DNA from: Anaeromyxobacter sp.
Lineage (GTDB): Bacteria > Myxococcota > Myxococcia > Myxococcales > Anaeromyxobacteraceae
DNA length: 64,000 bases
Direction: 5' to 3'
NCBI GenBank assembly: GCA_049840735.1
Contig: JASGJN010000021.1
Location: 32,001 to 96,000 of the forward strand
The number at the start of each line of letters is the position of its first letter. Position 1 is the first letter of the stretch. The notes under the pieces are model-generated. The model was not told the DNA's origin, searched no databases, and saw nothing but the letters and a program-made list of their open reading frames with translations. The position numbers were made by a program, and so were the translations under genes. Shown piece by piece: positions 21,755 to 32,119 of this stretch.

Positions 21755-24037
21755 ATGACCATTGCCGGGGCCGCGCTGGCGGCCAACGCGGTCGAGTTCG
21801 AGCTCACCGTGGGTCCGCACGCGGCCGACGACCTGCTGGTGGTGGCGTTCGAGGCCGAGGAGCGGCTCAGCGCGCCCTACGCGGTGGACGTGACCGTGGC
21901 CATCCGCGAGGGAACCGAGGTGGACGCGGCCGCGCTGGTGGCCGAGCCCGGCTGCCTCACCGTCCAGCTCGGCGACGGGAGCACGCGCTGCTTCGACGGC
22001 ATCGTCTCGGCCGTGCGCCGCTGGGACGAGGGGCCCGCCCAGCTGGAGCGGCGGCTGAGGGTGACGCTGGTGCCCAGCCTCTGGCGCCTCGGCTGCGTCT
22101 TCCGCAGCCGCATCTTCCAGGACCTGACCGTGCCGGAGATCGTGGAGCAGGTGCTCTCCGACGCCGGCATCACCGACCTCGAGCAGGCGCTCTCCGGCGA
22201 CTACGCGAAGCGCGGCTACACGGTGCAGCACCAGGAGACCGACCTCGACTTCGTGCAGCGCCTGCTGGAGGCGGAGGGCATCTTCTACTTCTTCAAGCAC
22301 GCCCAGGGGTCCCACACGCTGGTGCTGGGCGACGCGCCCTCCGTGCACGAGCCCATCGAGGGCGGCGAGGCCTCGCTCCCGTTCCACGCGCAGAGCGGGA
22401 TGACCGGCGGTGAGCAGGTGGACGAGCTGGCCGCGTCGGCGGAGGTGCTGCCGGGCAAGGTCACGCTGCGCGACTTCGACTGGCAGCGCCCCACCACCGA
22501 CCTGACGCAGGCCCGCGACGACGGCGGCGCCGACGCGGCGCTGGAGGTCTACGAGTACCCCGGCGGCTACGTCCAGGGGCGCGACGGCGCCGCGCTGGCC
22601 CGCATCCGGCTGGAGGAGCTCCGCGCCCGCGCCCAGCGCTTCAGCGGCGCCACCAACTGCCGGCGGCTCCTGCCGGGCCGCACCTTCGAGCTGACCGGCC
22701 ACCCGCTGGGCGAGCTGGACGGCGAGTACCTGATCCTCTCCGTGGCCCACCACGGCGACCAGTCCGAGCTGCTCTCCGCGCTGCACCGGCCGGACCGCCG
22801 CGCCGGGGAGCGGCGGGACCCGTTCCGCGCCCGCTTCGAGCTGCAGCGCAAGGACGTGCCCTTCCGCCCGGAGCGCCGCACGCCGCGGCCGCGGGCGCCG
22901 GGCGCGGAGACCGCCATCGTGGTCGGCCCCGCCGGCGAGGAGATCCACACCGACGAGCACGGCCGGGTCAAGGTGCAGTTCCACTGGGACCGCGAGGGCC
23001 AGCGCGACGACCACTCCAGCTGCTGGATCCGCGTGGCCCAGGCCTGGGCCGGCGCGGGCTGGGGCGCGCTCTACCTGCCGCGCATCGGCCAGGAGGTGGT
23101 GGTCGAGTTCCTGGGCGGCGACCCCGACCGGCCCATCGTGACCGGCAGCGTCTACAACGGCGCCAACCCGCCGCCGGTCCAGCTCCCCGGCGAGAAGACG
23201 CGCAGCACCCTGCGCTCCTTCACCAGCCCGGGCGGCGACGGCTTCAACGAGCTGGCCTTCGAGGACGCCGCCGGCCGCGAGCAGGTCTACTTCCACGCCC
23301 AGCGCGACGTCGAGGCGGTGGTGGAGCACGACCGCAGCGAGACCATCGGCGCCAACGACACGCTCACCGTCACCGGGGACCAGTCCGCCACGGTGGGGAA
23401 GAGCCGCGCGGTGAAGGTGACCGAGGACGACCGGCGCACCGTGGGCGGCAGCTCCTTCCTGGAGGTGGGGAAGGACCGGACCCTCACCGTGGGCGGCTCG
23501 CACACCGAGACCGTGGCCGGCCAGCAGGCGGTGAGCGTGGGGGGCGTCCAGAGCGTGACGGTGGCGATGGCCGCCGCGGAGACGGTCGGCCTGGGCAAGG
23601 CCCTCACCGTCGGCGGCGCCTACGCGGTCACGGTGGGCGGCCTCATGAACGAGCTGGTGGGCGGCCTCAAGGCGGAGGAGGTGGGCGGCGCCAAGGTGGA
23701 GGTGGTGGGGGCCAAGAAGACCGAGACCGTGATGAGCTCGCGCACGGTGGCGGTGGGCGGCGAGTCGTCCGAGACGGTCGGGAAGGCCCGCAGCGTGAAG
23801 ATCGGCGGGGACCTGCTCGTCTCCATCGGCGGGAAGCTCACCCAGGCCGTCAAGGCCAAGCACGAGCTGAACGCGAAGGAGATCGTGCTCTCGGCCGACG
23901 ACAAGCTCACCCTCAAGGTCGGCTCGGCCACCATCGAGCTCAAGAAGAGCGGCGACGTGGTGATCAAGGGGGCCAAGGTGGACGTGAAGGCCTCCGGCGC
24001 CATCGTCCTCAAGGCCGCCACCATCTCCGAGAACTGA
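21755..24037 (+). CDS. vgrG: Type VI secretion tip protein VgrG
   Basis: SRIFQD, QHQETDLDFVQRLLEAEGIFYFF, GRVKVQFHWDR, PRIGQEVVVEFLGGDPDRP; gp5-like beta-helix repeats. Confidence 0.95.
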   Translation: MTIAGAALAANAVEFELTVGPHAADDLLVVAFEAEERLSAPYAVDVTVAIREGTEVDAAALVAEPGCLTVQLGDGSTRCFDGIVSAVRRWDEGPAQLERRLRVTLVPSLWRLGCVFRSRIFQDLTVPEIVEQVLSDAGITDLEQALSGDYAKRGYTVQHQETDLDFVQRLLEAEGIFYFFKHAQGSHTLVLGDAPSVHEPIEGGEASLPFHAQSGMTGGEQVDELAASAEVLPGKVTLRDFDWQRPTTDLTQARDDGGADAALEVYEYPGGYVQGRDGAALARIRLEELRARAQRFSGATNCRRLLPGRTFELTGHPLGELDGEYLILSVAHHGDQSELLSALHRPDRRAGERRDPFRARFELQRKDVPFRPERRTPRPRAPGAETAIVVGPAGEEIHTDEHGRVKVQFHWDREGQRDDHSSCWIRVAQAWAGAGWGALYLPRIGQEVVVEFLGGDPDRPIVTGSVYNGANPPPVQLPGEKTRSTLRSFTSPGGDGFNELAFEDAAGREQVYFHAQRDVEAVVEHDRSETIGANDTLTVTGDQSATVGKSRAVKVTEDDRRTVGGSSFLEVGKDRTLTVGGSHTETVAGQQAVSVGGVQSVTVAMAAAETVGLGKALTVGGAYAVTVGGLMNELVGGLKAEEVGGAKVEVVGAKKTETVMSSRTVAVGGESSETVGKARSVKIGGDLLVSIGGKLTQAVKAKHELNAKEIVLSADDKLTLKVGSATIELKKSGDVVIKGAKVDVKASGAIVLKAATISEN

Positions 24038-24039
24038 CC

Positions 24040-26554
24040 ATGGCCCGCGGCGAGCGCATCGCGTACGAGCTGGAGACCGGCGGCTTCGCCGAGGGCCAGC
24101 TGGTGGTCTGGGCCCTGCACGGCCGCGAGGCCCTCAACGAGCCCTTCGCCTTCTCGGTCCGCATCGGGACCCCCGACGGCGACCCGCTGGACCTGGCCGC
24201 CCTCCTGGGCGGCGAGGCGACGCTCACGCTGCGCCGCCCGGACGGCTCGGAGCGGGTGGTGCACGGCGAGGTCGGGCGGGCGCGGCTGGCCGGCGTGGCC
24301 GCCGGCGTGCCCACCTACGAGCTGCAGCTGGTCCCGCGGCTGGCCCGGCTGGCCCACGCCGCCTCCAGCCGCATCTTCCAGGACGTCACCGTGCCGGACC
24401 TGGTGGCCGAGGTCCTGGACGCGCACGGCGTGAAGCACCGCGCCGCGCTGGGGAGCTACCCGCAGCGCGAGTACGTGGTGCAGCACCAGGAGACGGACCT
24501 GGCCTTCGTCTCGCGCCTGCTCGAGGAGGAGGGGATCGGCTTCTGCTTCGAGCACGAGGCCGGCGCCCACACCCTGGTGCTCTTCGACGCCGCCGACGCC
24601 GGCCCCTCGCTGGACGAGGTCCTGCCCCTCCGGCAGGAGGAGCAGGGCGACGGCGACGTCTTCGCCGACCGGCTCGCCGCCGGCGCGGCGCTCCAGCCGC
24701 AGGCGGCGGCCTTGCGGGACTTCGACTTCCAGCGGCCGGCGCTGACGCTGGAGGCGAGGTCCGGCTCGGGCGCGCTGGAGCGGTACGAGTACCCCGCCGG
24801 CATCGCGACCGTCGGCGAGGGGCGCGCCCGCGCCGGCGTCCGGCTGGCCCAGTCGCGGGTCCGCGCCGCCACCTGGGAGGGCGTCACCACCGCCCTGGGG
24901 CTCTCGCCGGGCACGCGCTTCGAGGTGGACGGCACGCCCAGGCTGCGCTGCGTCTCGGTGGTGCACGAGGGGCAGCAGGAGCGCCGCCCCGGCGGCGAGC
25001 TGCTGGCCACCTACCGCAACGCCTTCCGCGCCCTGTCCGGCGACGAGCCCTGGCGGCCGCCGCGCCGGACCCCGCGGCCCCGCGCCCACGGCCTGGAGAC
25101 GGCCCTGGTCACCGGCCCCGGCGGCGAGGAGATCAACGTCGACGCCCACGGCCGGGTGAAGGTGCAGTTCCACTGGGATCGCCAGGGGCAGCGGGACGAC
25201 CGGTCCAGCTGCTGGGTGCGGGTGGCGCAGGCCTGGGCCGGCGCCGGCATGGGCGCCAGCGTGGTGCCGCGCATCGGCCAGGAGGTGCTGATCCGCTTCC
25301 TGGCCGGGGACGCCGACCGGCCGCTGCTGGTGGGCGCCGTCTACGACGGCCAGAACCGGACCCCGGTCTCGCTCCCGGACGACCGGACCCGCAGCACCCA
25401 CCGCTCCGCCTCCAGCCTGGGCAGCGACGGCTTCAACGAGCTCTCCTTCCAGGACCAGGCCGGCGCGGAGCGCGTCTACCTGCACGCCCAGCGCGACCTG
25501 GTCGCCGAGGTGGGCAACGACCGGACCGCCCAGGTGCGCGGCGACGAGGCGGTGGCCATCGGCGGCGACCTGGACCAGACCATCCTGGGCCGGCGCACGC
25601 GCGCGGTGGGCGAGGACCAGGCCAGCGTGGTGGGCGGCGGGGAGACCACGCTGATCGCCGCCGCCCGGGGCGAGACCGTGGGCGGGGACGACACGCAGGG
25701 CGTGGGCCAGGCCCGGAGCCTCACCGTGGGCGGCGCCCGGACGGTGGGCGTGGCCGCGGCCTCGGCCGAGACGGTCGGGGCCGCCGGCGCGCTCACGGTG
25801 GGCGGCGCCTACGCCATCTCCGTCGGGCTCGCCTCCAACGTGGCGGTGGGCGGCGCGCTGCTGCAGCAGGTGGTCGGCGCCAAGACCGTGGTGGTGAACA
25901 AGAGCCAGGAGGAGCGGGTGGGCAAGGACCGCTCCCTCAGGATCATGGGCGAGGACCGGCTCGAGATTCGGGAAGGGCTCCAGCGTCACCGTGGGGAAGG
26001 ACGGCCGCGACGAGGTCGGCAAGCGGCTGGTGGTGGACGTGAAGGAGGGGAGCATGGGGCTGGCCCAGTCCTTCCTGCTCAAGGCGGACACCGTCACGCT
26101 CAAGGTGGGCGGGCGGCCGCTGCTCAACGCCAAGAGCTCCGGCGCGGTGACCTGGGCGGTCTCCTCCCTCACCATCGACGCCAGCGGGAAGCTCACGATC
26201 AAGGGCGCCTCTGTCTCCAAGAAGTCCGGCGAGGGCGGCTCGGGCGCGGCCCGGACGCAGAAGAAGGTGACGGCCAAGGGGAGCGTCAGCGTCCGCGTCC
26301 CCATGAGCCCGGAGCAGGCCGGCCAGAGCCCGCTGGCCTTCGTCCTCGAGTCCACCGACGGCGCCTTCAAGCAGAAGAAGTCGCTCAAGGGGGACAAGGT
26401 GGACGGGGACGGCGGCGTGCAGCTCCCGTTCAAGGACGTGCCGGACGACAAGACCTTCCGGCTCAAGCTGGTGGCGCCGGGCGGGCAGGAGGTGCTGCTC
26501 GCCGACGGCGTGCCGTACCTCCAGCTGTCGGCCGCCCTGAGCGGCCAGGGCTGA
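24040..26554 (+). CDS. vgrG: Second VgrG with C-terminal extension; frameshift at ~25967
   Basis: Same VgrG motifs; removing one T at 25967/25968 continues into ORF 25991..26554. Confidence 0.88.
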
Positions 26555-26576
26555 ACCCGGTCCCGTGGAGCCCGCC

Positions 26577-27185
26577 ATGTCCAGCGCCCTCCGTCGTGCC
26601 GCCGCCCTGGCCCTGGCCCTCGCGCTCGCCCCGGCGGCCGCCCGCGCCGGCGGCGCGGTGCTCCTCCCCCTGCCGCTCGAGACCGTGGTCGCGCGGGCCT
26701 CGGTGGTCGTGGGTGGCACCTCGCTGGGCGAGCGCAGGCAGCAGGTGCGGGTCCCCATCGGCGAGACCGGCCTGGCGCCGGGCGGGCGGACCCACCTCGA
26801 GTTCGAGGTCTGGCAGGTGGGCCTGCGGGTGGAGCGGGTGCTCGGCGGCGACCCGCGCCACCTGGTGAAGCTGGGGGACGAGCTCTGGGTCACCGCTCCC
26901 GGCAGCTACGACGCGGGGATGCGCGGCGAGGTGGCGGCCGCCGCCTTCGTCTCCATGGAGAGCTACGCGCCCGCCGCCTACGTCAACGCGACCAGCCCGG
27001 GGACGAAGCTCATCGCCTTCGTCGAGACCTCGGCCGATCGCGCCGCGCGAGGCCGGAAGGTCTCCGGCCTGGACGGCGGCTGGTGGCTCACGGCGCAGGA
27101 CGCCTTCGAGGGCCCGGGGCAGCGGGCCAAGGTCGAGCGGATCCGGCGCGCCCATCCCGGGCCCCGCCCGGCCAAGCCCCGCTGA
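26577..27185 (+). CDS. Secreted hypothetical protein
   Basis: Signal peptide ending AARA; SD GGAG; directly downstream of the second vgrG. Confidence 0.65.
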   Translation: MSSALRRAAALALALALAPAAARAGGAVLLPLPLETVVARASVVVGGTSLGERRQQVRVPIGETGLAPGGRTHLEFEVWQVGLRVERVLGGDPRHLVKLGDELWVTAPGSYDAGMRGEVAAAAFVSMESYAPAAYVNATSPGTKLIAFVETSADRAARGRKVSGLDGGWWLTAQDAFEGPGQRAKVERIRRAHPGPRPAKPR

Positions 27186-27191
27186 GCGGCC

Positions 27192-27974
27192 TCACTCCAC
27201 CGGCGGGAACGGCGGCACCGTGGCCAGGTAGGCCTTCACCTGGTCGATCACCGTCAGGTCGTAGTTGGTGAGCGGCTTGGGCGCGCCGGCGAAGGCCTGG
27301 CCGGAGAGGCCCGCCACCAGGTCCACCACGCGGTCGCAGACCCGCAGGTGCTGGGGCCCGGGGATCCCCTCCACCAGCCGGACGGCCGGGGTCCAGTCGT
27401 CCAGCAGCGGCGTGAGCGGCGAGAGCAGCCAGGGCTGCGAGATCAGCTCGGCGTGGAGCACCAGCCGCGGGCTGTCGGCCGGCTTGGCCTCGCGCAGCCA
27501 GCCGGCGAAGGTCACCCGCGCCTCCTCCTCGCCCCGGCGCGCCAGCGCCACCACCATGGCCTCGCGCACCGCCGCGTGGGGCTCGTGCTCCACCTGGGCG
27601 CGCAGCGCCGCCGGGTCCCAGCCGTCCAGCCTGGCCAGCAGCAGCGCCACCTTGCGCCGGACCATCCAGTCCGACGGCCGCGCGAAGCCGGCCACCAGCG
27701 CCGGCGCCAGCTCCGGCGTGGCCAGCGTGCCCAGCGTGTTGGCGGCGGTGGAGGCGACGGCGGCGTCGGCGTCGCCCAGCGCCTGCACCAGCGGCCGCCC
27801 GGCCTCCGGCGCGCGGGTCGCGCCCATGCACTCGACGGCCAGCCCCCGCACGTCCCCCGACGCGTCGCCGGCCAGGAGCAGCAGCTCGGGCAGGGCGCCC
27901 TTGCCCAGCCGCGCCGCCTCGGCCCAGGCCGCCTCGATGTCGCCGGCGCGGATGCTGTCGGTCAGTGCGCCCAT
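27192..27974 (-). CDS. HEAT-repeat protein
   Basis: Repeated L..D....VR..A...LG helical units. Confidence 0.75.
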   Translation of the reverse strand: MGALTDSIRAGDIEAAWAEAARLGKGALPELLLLAGDASGDVRGLAVECMGATRAPEAGRPLVQALGDADAAVASTAANTLGTLATPELAPALVAGFARPSDWMVRRKVALLLARLDGWDPAALRAQVEHEPHAAVREAMVVALARRGEEEARVTFAGWLREAKPADSPRLVLHAELISQPWLLSPLTPLLDDWTPAVRLVEGIPGPQHLRVCDRVVDLVAGLSGQAFAGAPKPLTNYDLTVIDQVKAYLATVPPFPPVE

Positions 27975-27982
27975 GGGTCCCC

Positions 27983-29161
27983 TCAGAAGGCGTCGGCCGC
28001 GGTCCGCGCGGTCGTGGCTTCACCGTCGGTGATGAGCTGCGAGAGATCCTTCATGGTGATGAGCGCGCCGTTCCTGGGCGCGTCCTTGTTCCAGGGCGCG
28101 GGGATGCGGAACGTCCCGTAGCCGAGCTTGTCGAGCCAGTTCCCGAAGGTGGTCGGGGGGATGGTCGGGTACATCAGCATCCGGCGGGACCACAGGTCCT
28201 GGCGCTGGTGGCCGGCGTCCTGCTTCTCCGGGTGCCACAGCATCAGGAAGTGGCCGATCTCGTGGGCCAGCATGGCGGACTGCAGCTGGTTGTCGAGCGC
28301 GTACGCGCCCCGCGCCTCGTCGGCCACGATGATGCCGGGCGTGGTGATGCCCGCCGCGTCGTAGGCGTGCGCCGCCACCTGGCCGGGCGCGATGCCCAGG
28401 CCGAAGTAGCCCTCGCCGGCGGTGCCCAGCACGTGGTGGGCGAAGTAGACGTGGATCGTCTTGGGCAGCGCCGCCGGCGCGGGACCGCCGCCCGCAGGGG
28501 CGGCCGGCGGGTTGAAGGTCGCGAACAGGTTGCCGATGTCCGGCCCCCAGGTGGCGGCGCCGGCGATGGCGGTCTGGAAGGTGTGCTCCACCGTGCTGAG
28601 CAGGGTGAAGTTGATCCCGAACGGCTTCCAGATGGACTGGACCCCGGTGAGCACCTCCTCCGGGCGGCGGGTCGGGGCGACGGGCGGCACCGGCGGGACC
28701 GCGGCGGCGTTGGCCGCGGTGGTGATCTTCACCAGGTGCGGCTTGATGCGCAGCGTGATGGGCCGGTAGACCCAGACGCCCAGCTGCGCCAGCACAGGGC
28801 CGCCCGCGCTGCCGTAGCGGATCTGGATCCTGGCCGTGGCCGGGTTGCCCCCGGCCACGCCGCGCACCTTGACCTGCGTGACGGCGCCGGGGCCGAGCTG
28901 GGCGGCGCCGTCCACCGCCGCCACGCCTGGCGCGCTGGAGGTGGCGAAGAGCGGCGCGTCGCTCTTCAGGTGCTGCCGCACCACCTCCACGATGATGCGC
29001 TCGTTCTGGCAGACCGCCACCAGCGGGCCGCGCTCCGGCCCGCCGAAGCCGCGCTCGTCGAGGTCCGGCCGCTCGGCCATGGGCGCGCCGGTGGTGGCCC
29101 GGCGGAAGGTCACCGGGACGAGCCGCCGCGCGCGGTGGATGGGGAGGGGGAGCCCGGGCAT
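27983..29161 (-). CDS. Metzincin-type zinc metalloprotease without signal peptide
   Basis: HEIGHFLMLWH (HExxHxxxxxH) followed by Met-turn-like RMLMYP. Confidence 0.7.
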   Translation of the reverse strand: MPGLPLPIHRARRLVPVTFRRATTGAPMAERPDLDERGFGGPERGPLVAVCQNERIIVEVVRQHLKSDAPLFATSSAPGVAAVDGAAQLGPGAVTQVKVRGVAGGNPATARIQIRYGSAGGPVLAQLGVWVYRPITLRIKPHLVKITTAANAAAVPPVPPVAPTRRPEEVLTGVQSIWKPFGINFTLLSTVEHTFQTAIAGAATWGPDIGNLFATFNPPAAPAGGGPAPAALPKTIHVYFAHHVLGTAGEGYFGLGIAPGQVAAHAYDAAGITTPGIIVADEARGAYALDNQLQSAMLAHEIGHFLMLWHPEKQDAGHQRQDLWSRRMLMYPTIPPTTFGNWLDKLGYGTFRIPAPWNKDAPRNGALITMKDLSQLITDGEATTARTAADAF

Positions 29162-29163
29162 GG

Positions 29164-29610
29164 TCACTCGCCGTACTGCGTCTTGAGCTGCTCCTGGGTG
29201 GCCGCGTGGGTGATGTCGCCGAGCGTGTCCAGCGGCGCGTTGTCGGCCTGGAACTGGAGCAGCGCCAGGCCGGTCTTCACCCCCACCACGCCGTCCACCC
29301 GCCCCAGCTCGTAGCCCAGCCCCTGCAGGCGGCGCTGCACGCCCAGCACGGTGTCCTTGGCCTCCAGCGCCCCCACCGGCGTCACCTCGTAGGTGCTGCC
29401 CAGCATCTCCAGCGTGGCCTTGGCGTTGGCCGGCAGCGCGACGTGGATCTTCCCGTCCGCGCCGGTCTTGCCCTGGGAGACGTGGCCGGCGACCGTGAGC
29501 TTGTAGTCCACGTCGGCGATGGCCCGGTCGGCGTCGCTGCCGTCGGTGCCGGGGTAGCGCTGGAGGACCAGCTCCAGCGTGACGAGGTTCACGTTCTGCG
29601 GGTTGGGCAT
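29164..29610 (-). CDS. Peptidoglycan-binding domain protein with N-terminal beta-sandwich
   Basis: VQRRLQGLGYELGRVDGVVGVKTGLALLQFQ (PG_binding_1 pattern); N-terminal GKTGADG motif. Confidence 0.8.
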   Translation of the reverse strand: MPNPQNVNLVTLELVLQRYPGTDGSDADRAIADVDYKLTVAGHVSQGKTGADGKIHVALPANAKATLEMLGSTYEVTPVGALEAKDTVLGVQRRLQGLGYELGRVDGVVGVKTGLALLQFQADNAPLDTLGDITHAATQEQLKTQYGE

Positions 29611-29743
29611 GGTGGGCCCTCGGCCTCCGGCGCATCCTAGCAGGAGCGCGGACCGCCTGTGACGCCGAGTGCACCGGCGAGCCGCGGCGCCGCAGCCCCC
29701 TTCGCGGCGCCCCTGGCCACAGGACCCCGGAGCGCGGGCCCGC

Positions 29744-30211
29744 TCAGCGCACCGTCAGGTCGAGCGGGATCTCCAGGTCCACCGGCGGGCCGCGGAAGGC
29801 CGGGAAGGAGAGCTGCCGCCCGGCCTTGACCAGGCAGCTGCGCAGCTGGCGGTCCTTCACCTTCGCGTCGGCGAGCTGGGCGGAGGAGACGCGCCCGCTG
29901 GGCTGCACCTTGAGGCGCAGCGTGGCCTCTCCCAGCGTCGAGGGCCCCTTGCGGCCGCGCGCGGCGCGGGTGGCGCAGTCGTCCAGGTGCACGCGCTGCG
30001 AGGCCAGCGCCTGCTGCACCGCGGCCGCGTCCAGGCCGTCGGTGGCGGCGGGGAGCTGGGGGTCGGCCTTCCTGCCGCCGCCCTGCAGGTTGGCGGGCGC
30101 GGGCGCGAAGGTGTTGCTGGGCGGGGGCGGCTCCTTGGCCGCCGCGGGCGGCGCGGCCAGGAGCAGGGCGAGGAGGGGCGCGACGAGCTGCAGCGGCCGG
30201 GCGGTGATCAT
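29744..30211 (-). CDS. Secreted AgmX/PglI C-terminal (TonB-C-like) domain protein
   Basis: Signal peptide; C...GEATLRLKVQPSGRV...LRSCLV...FPAFRGPPV. Confidence 0.7.
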   Translation of the reverse strand: MITARPLQLVAPLLALLLAAPPAAAKEPPPPSNTFAPAPANLQGGGRKADPQLPAATDGLDAAAVQQALASQRVHLDDCATRAARGRKGPSTLGEATLRLKVQPSGRVSSAQLADAKVKDRQLRSCLVKAGRQLSFPAFRGPPVDLEIPLDLTVR

Positions 30212-30303
30212 GGCGCCGGCGATGCTAGCAAACGCGGGTGTGGGGAAGCTGCCCCCGGTTACACCTGGAGCGGAAACGCCACGGCGCGCCGCGGCGGGGT
30301 GCT

Positions 30304-30786
30304 TCAGCGCGCCGCGACCCGAACTGGAAGCTCCACGCTGACCGGGGGCCCGCGGAAGGGCGGGAAGTTCACGCGCCGCGAGGCCTCCAGGAGGCAGCGC
30401 TGCAGCGCCGGACCGCGCAGCTGGGACTCCGCCACCTGCACCTGCGAGATGCTCCCGCTCGGCTGCACCGTCAGGAGGAGCCTGGCCTTGCCCAGCCGGC
30501 CCGCGCTCCCCTGCCGCTGCGCCGCGCGCGTGGCGCAGGCGCGGAACGCGCCCTGGTGCTGCTGCAGCGTGGACTGCACCGCCCCCTCGTCCAGGCTGTC
30601 GGAGCGGAAGCCGAGCGCGGGCTCCGGCTTGGCGCCGGCGCCCTGCAGGTTCTTCGGCGCGGGCGTGAACGGGTTGCGGGGAGCGGCGGCGCCGCGTGGC
30701 GCGGCATGGGCCGGGCCGGCGATCACGGCCAGGAGCAGCGCGGCCAGGGCCGGCGCTGCGGAGCGGAGGAAGAGGTGGGCGCGCAT
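30304..30786 (-). CDS. Secreted AgmX/PglI C-terminal domain protein (tandem paralog)
   Basis: Signal peptide; FRAC...VQPSGSI...LQRCL...FPPFRGPPV; clearly similar to 29744..30211. Confidence 0.7.
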   Translation of the reverse strand: MRAHLFLRSAAPALAALLLAVIAGPAHAAPRGAAAPRNPFTPAPKNLQGAGAKPEPALGFRSDSLDEGAVQSTLQQHQGAFRACATRAAQRQGSAGRLGKARLLLTVQPSGSISQVQVAESQLRGPALQRCLLEASRRVNFPPFRGPPVSVELPVRVAAR

Positions 30787-31057
30787 GCGAGGCAGTGAGG
30801 CTAGCAGAGTCGCCGTGGGGAAATCTGCCCGGATGCGCACCTCGAGGCGCCCAAACTGCCTGTGCGGCTTCGCCGCGCGTGTACCCGAAATCCCGCGCCC
30901 CGGAGCAGCTCCGGCCCGAAGAGCCGCGCCGTCACGCGCCCTTGGAGAGGAAATCGCCCGCCGGTGAGCGAGCGTGCAGATCGGCGCCGAGGGCGGAACT
31001 GGCCGTCCCGCCGGCGCAGCCGTCTGGGGCTTCGGTCCTCGCGGGGAGCGGCGTGCC

Positions 31058-31834
31058 TCAGCGCACCGGCCCGAGCCGGCCGCTGAAGACCTTGCGATCG
31101 ATCTTGGCCGCCAGCTGCTTCACCACCGCCTCGGGCCCCTCGAGCTTCACCACCACTGCCCGCACCGGGGCCATGGGCGTGGCCGAGGTCACCTGCTGGA
31201 GGTCGTCCGGCTCCTGGCAGGCGCGCTCGCCGAAGACCAGCGACGTGGTGGCCTGGCCGTCGGAGGCGTAGGTCTCGAGCAGGAAGTCCTTCGACTTCTC
31301 GACCGGGCGCGGGTAGCCCTCGGACTGCTCGCACCCGTTGTCGACCGGGTGCGGCGCCAGCCGGACCGAGACCGTGACGCCGTACTGCATCGAGTCGGTC
31401 ACCGCCTGCGCCAGCTCGAGCAGGCCGCCCATCGACCCGGCGTCGGCCTTGCCTGCCTTGGCCTGGGTCTTCGCGCCGTTGCCCTTGCGCTGGTAGCCGA
31501 TGGTGAGCTCCGTCTCCCTCGGCCAGCAGCCGCGCCAGGTCGGCTCGCACTCGTGGAAGTACTGCTTCGCCGCCGGGGCGCCGGGGATGATCGGCGAGCG
31601 CAGCCGCGCCTCCCGCTCCGCCATGCCGTCCGAGGAGGCCGCGCGCTCCCAGCCGCCGTCGGGCACGGGCAGCGCCCGCTCCAGCGCGGTCAGCGCCTGG
31701 CGGAGCGCGGCGTCCTCCCCCGAGGTGATGAGCCGGCAGTTCGAGACCTCCCCGCAGCCGGCCTGGGCAGGGGCGGGGGCCGCGAGGGCCAGGGCGAGGG
31801 CGGCGAGGGCGGCGAGGGCGAGAAGCCTGGGCAT
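31058..31834 (-). CDS. Secreted Cys-containing hypothetical protein
   Basis: SD GGAGGA; signal peptide ending AQA; six Cys residues. Confidence 0.65.
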   Translation of the reverse strand: MPRLLALAALAALALALAAPAPAQAGCGEVSNCRLITSGEDAALRQALTALERALPVPDGGWERAASSDGMAEREARLRSPIIPGAPAAKQYFHECEPTWRGCWPRETELTIGYQRKGNGAKTQAKAGKADAGSMGGLLELAQAVTDSMQYGVTVSVRLAPHPVDNGCEQSEGYPRPVEKSKDFLLETYASDGQATTSLVFGERACQEPDDLQQVTSATPMAPVRAVVVKLEGPEAVVKQLAAKIDRKVFSGRLGPVR

Positions 31835-32119
31835 GTGTTCTTCCTCCGGAGCGGTGCCCCTCGATAGCCGCTGCCCGCCGCCGAGGCCAGCCGAGTCATG
31901 GAGGGCTCCCCGCTCGGGGTCGCACGGGGCGTGAAGGGGCGAGACGGCCCGCGTTCACCCCCGCCCCATCTCCCGCAGCAGGGCTCCCGCGCCGGGCAGC
32001 GCGAACCCGGCGGTACGCTGCGGCGCGGCGGAGGCCCCTGGCGATGGACCTGGGGAAGCTGGCGCGACACTCCTCGCGGCTGTCGGCGACGGACGGGGCC
32101 GGCAGCTGGGTCCGAGAGG

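Noticed and set aside
24040..26868. 942-aa evolved VgrG with a long C-terminal toxin
   Set aside because: The tail after ~25967 is out-of-frame, low-complexity translation; the real C-terminus ends at 26554
21755..29610. Complete T6SS, prophage or tailocin
   Set aside because: Only vgrG genes are present; no sheath, tube, baseplate, capsid or integrase genes
30790..32110. Riboswitch or ncRNA in the GC-rich intergenic gaps
   Set aside because: I could not match c-di-GMP (GEMM) or other riboswitch consensus motifs by eye; an Rfam/Infernal scan would be decisive
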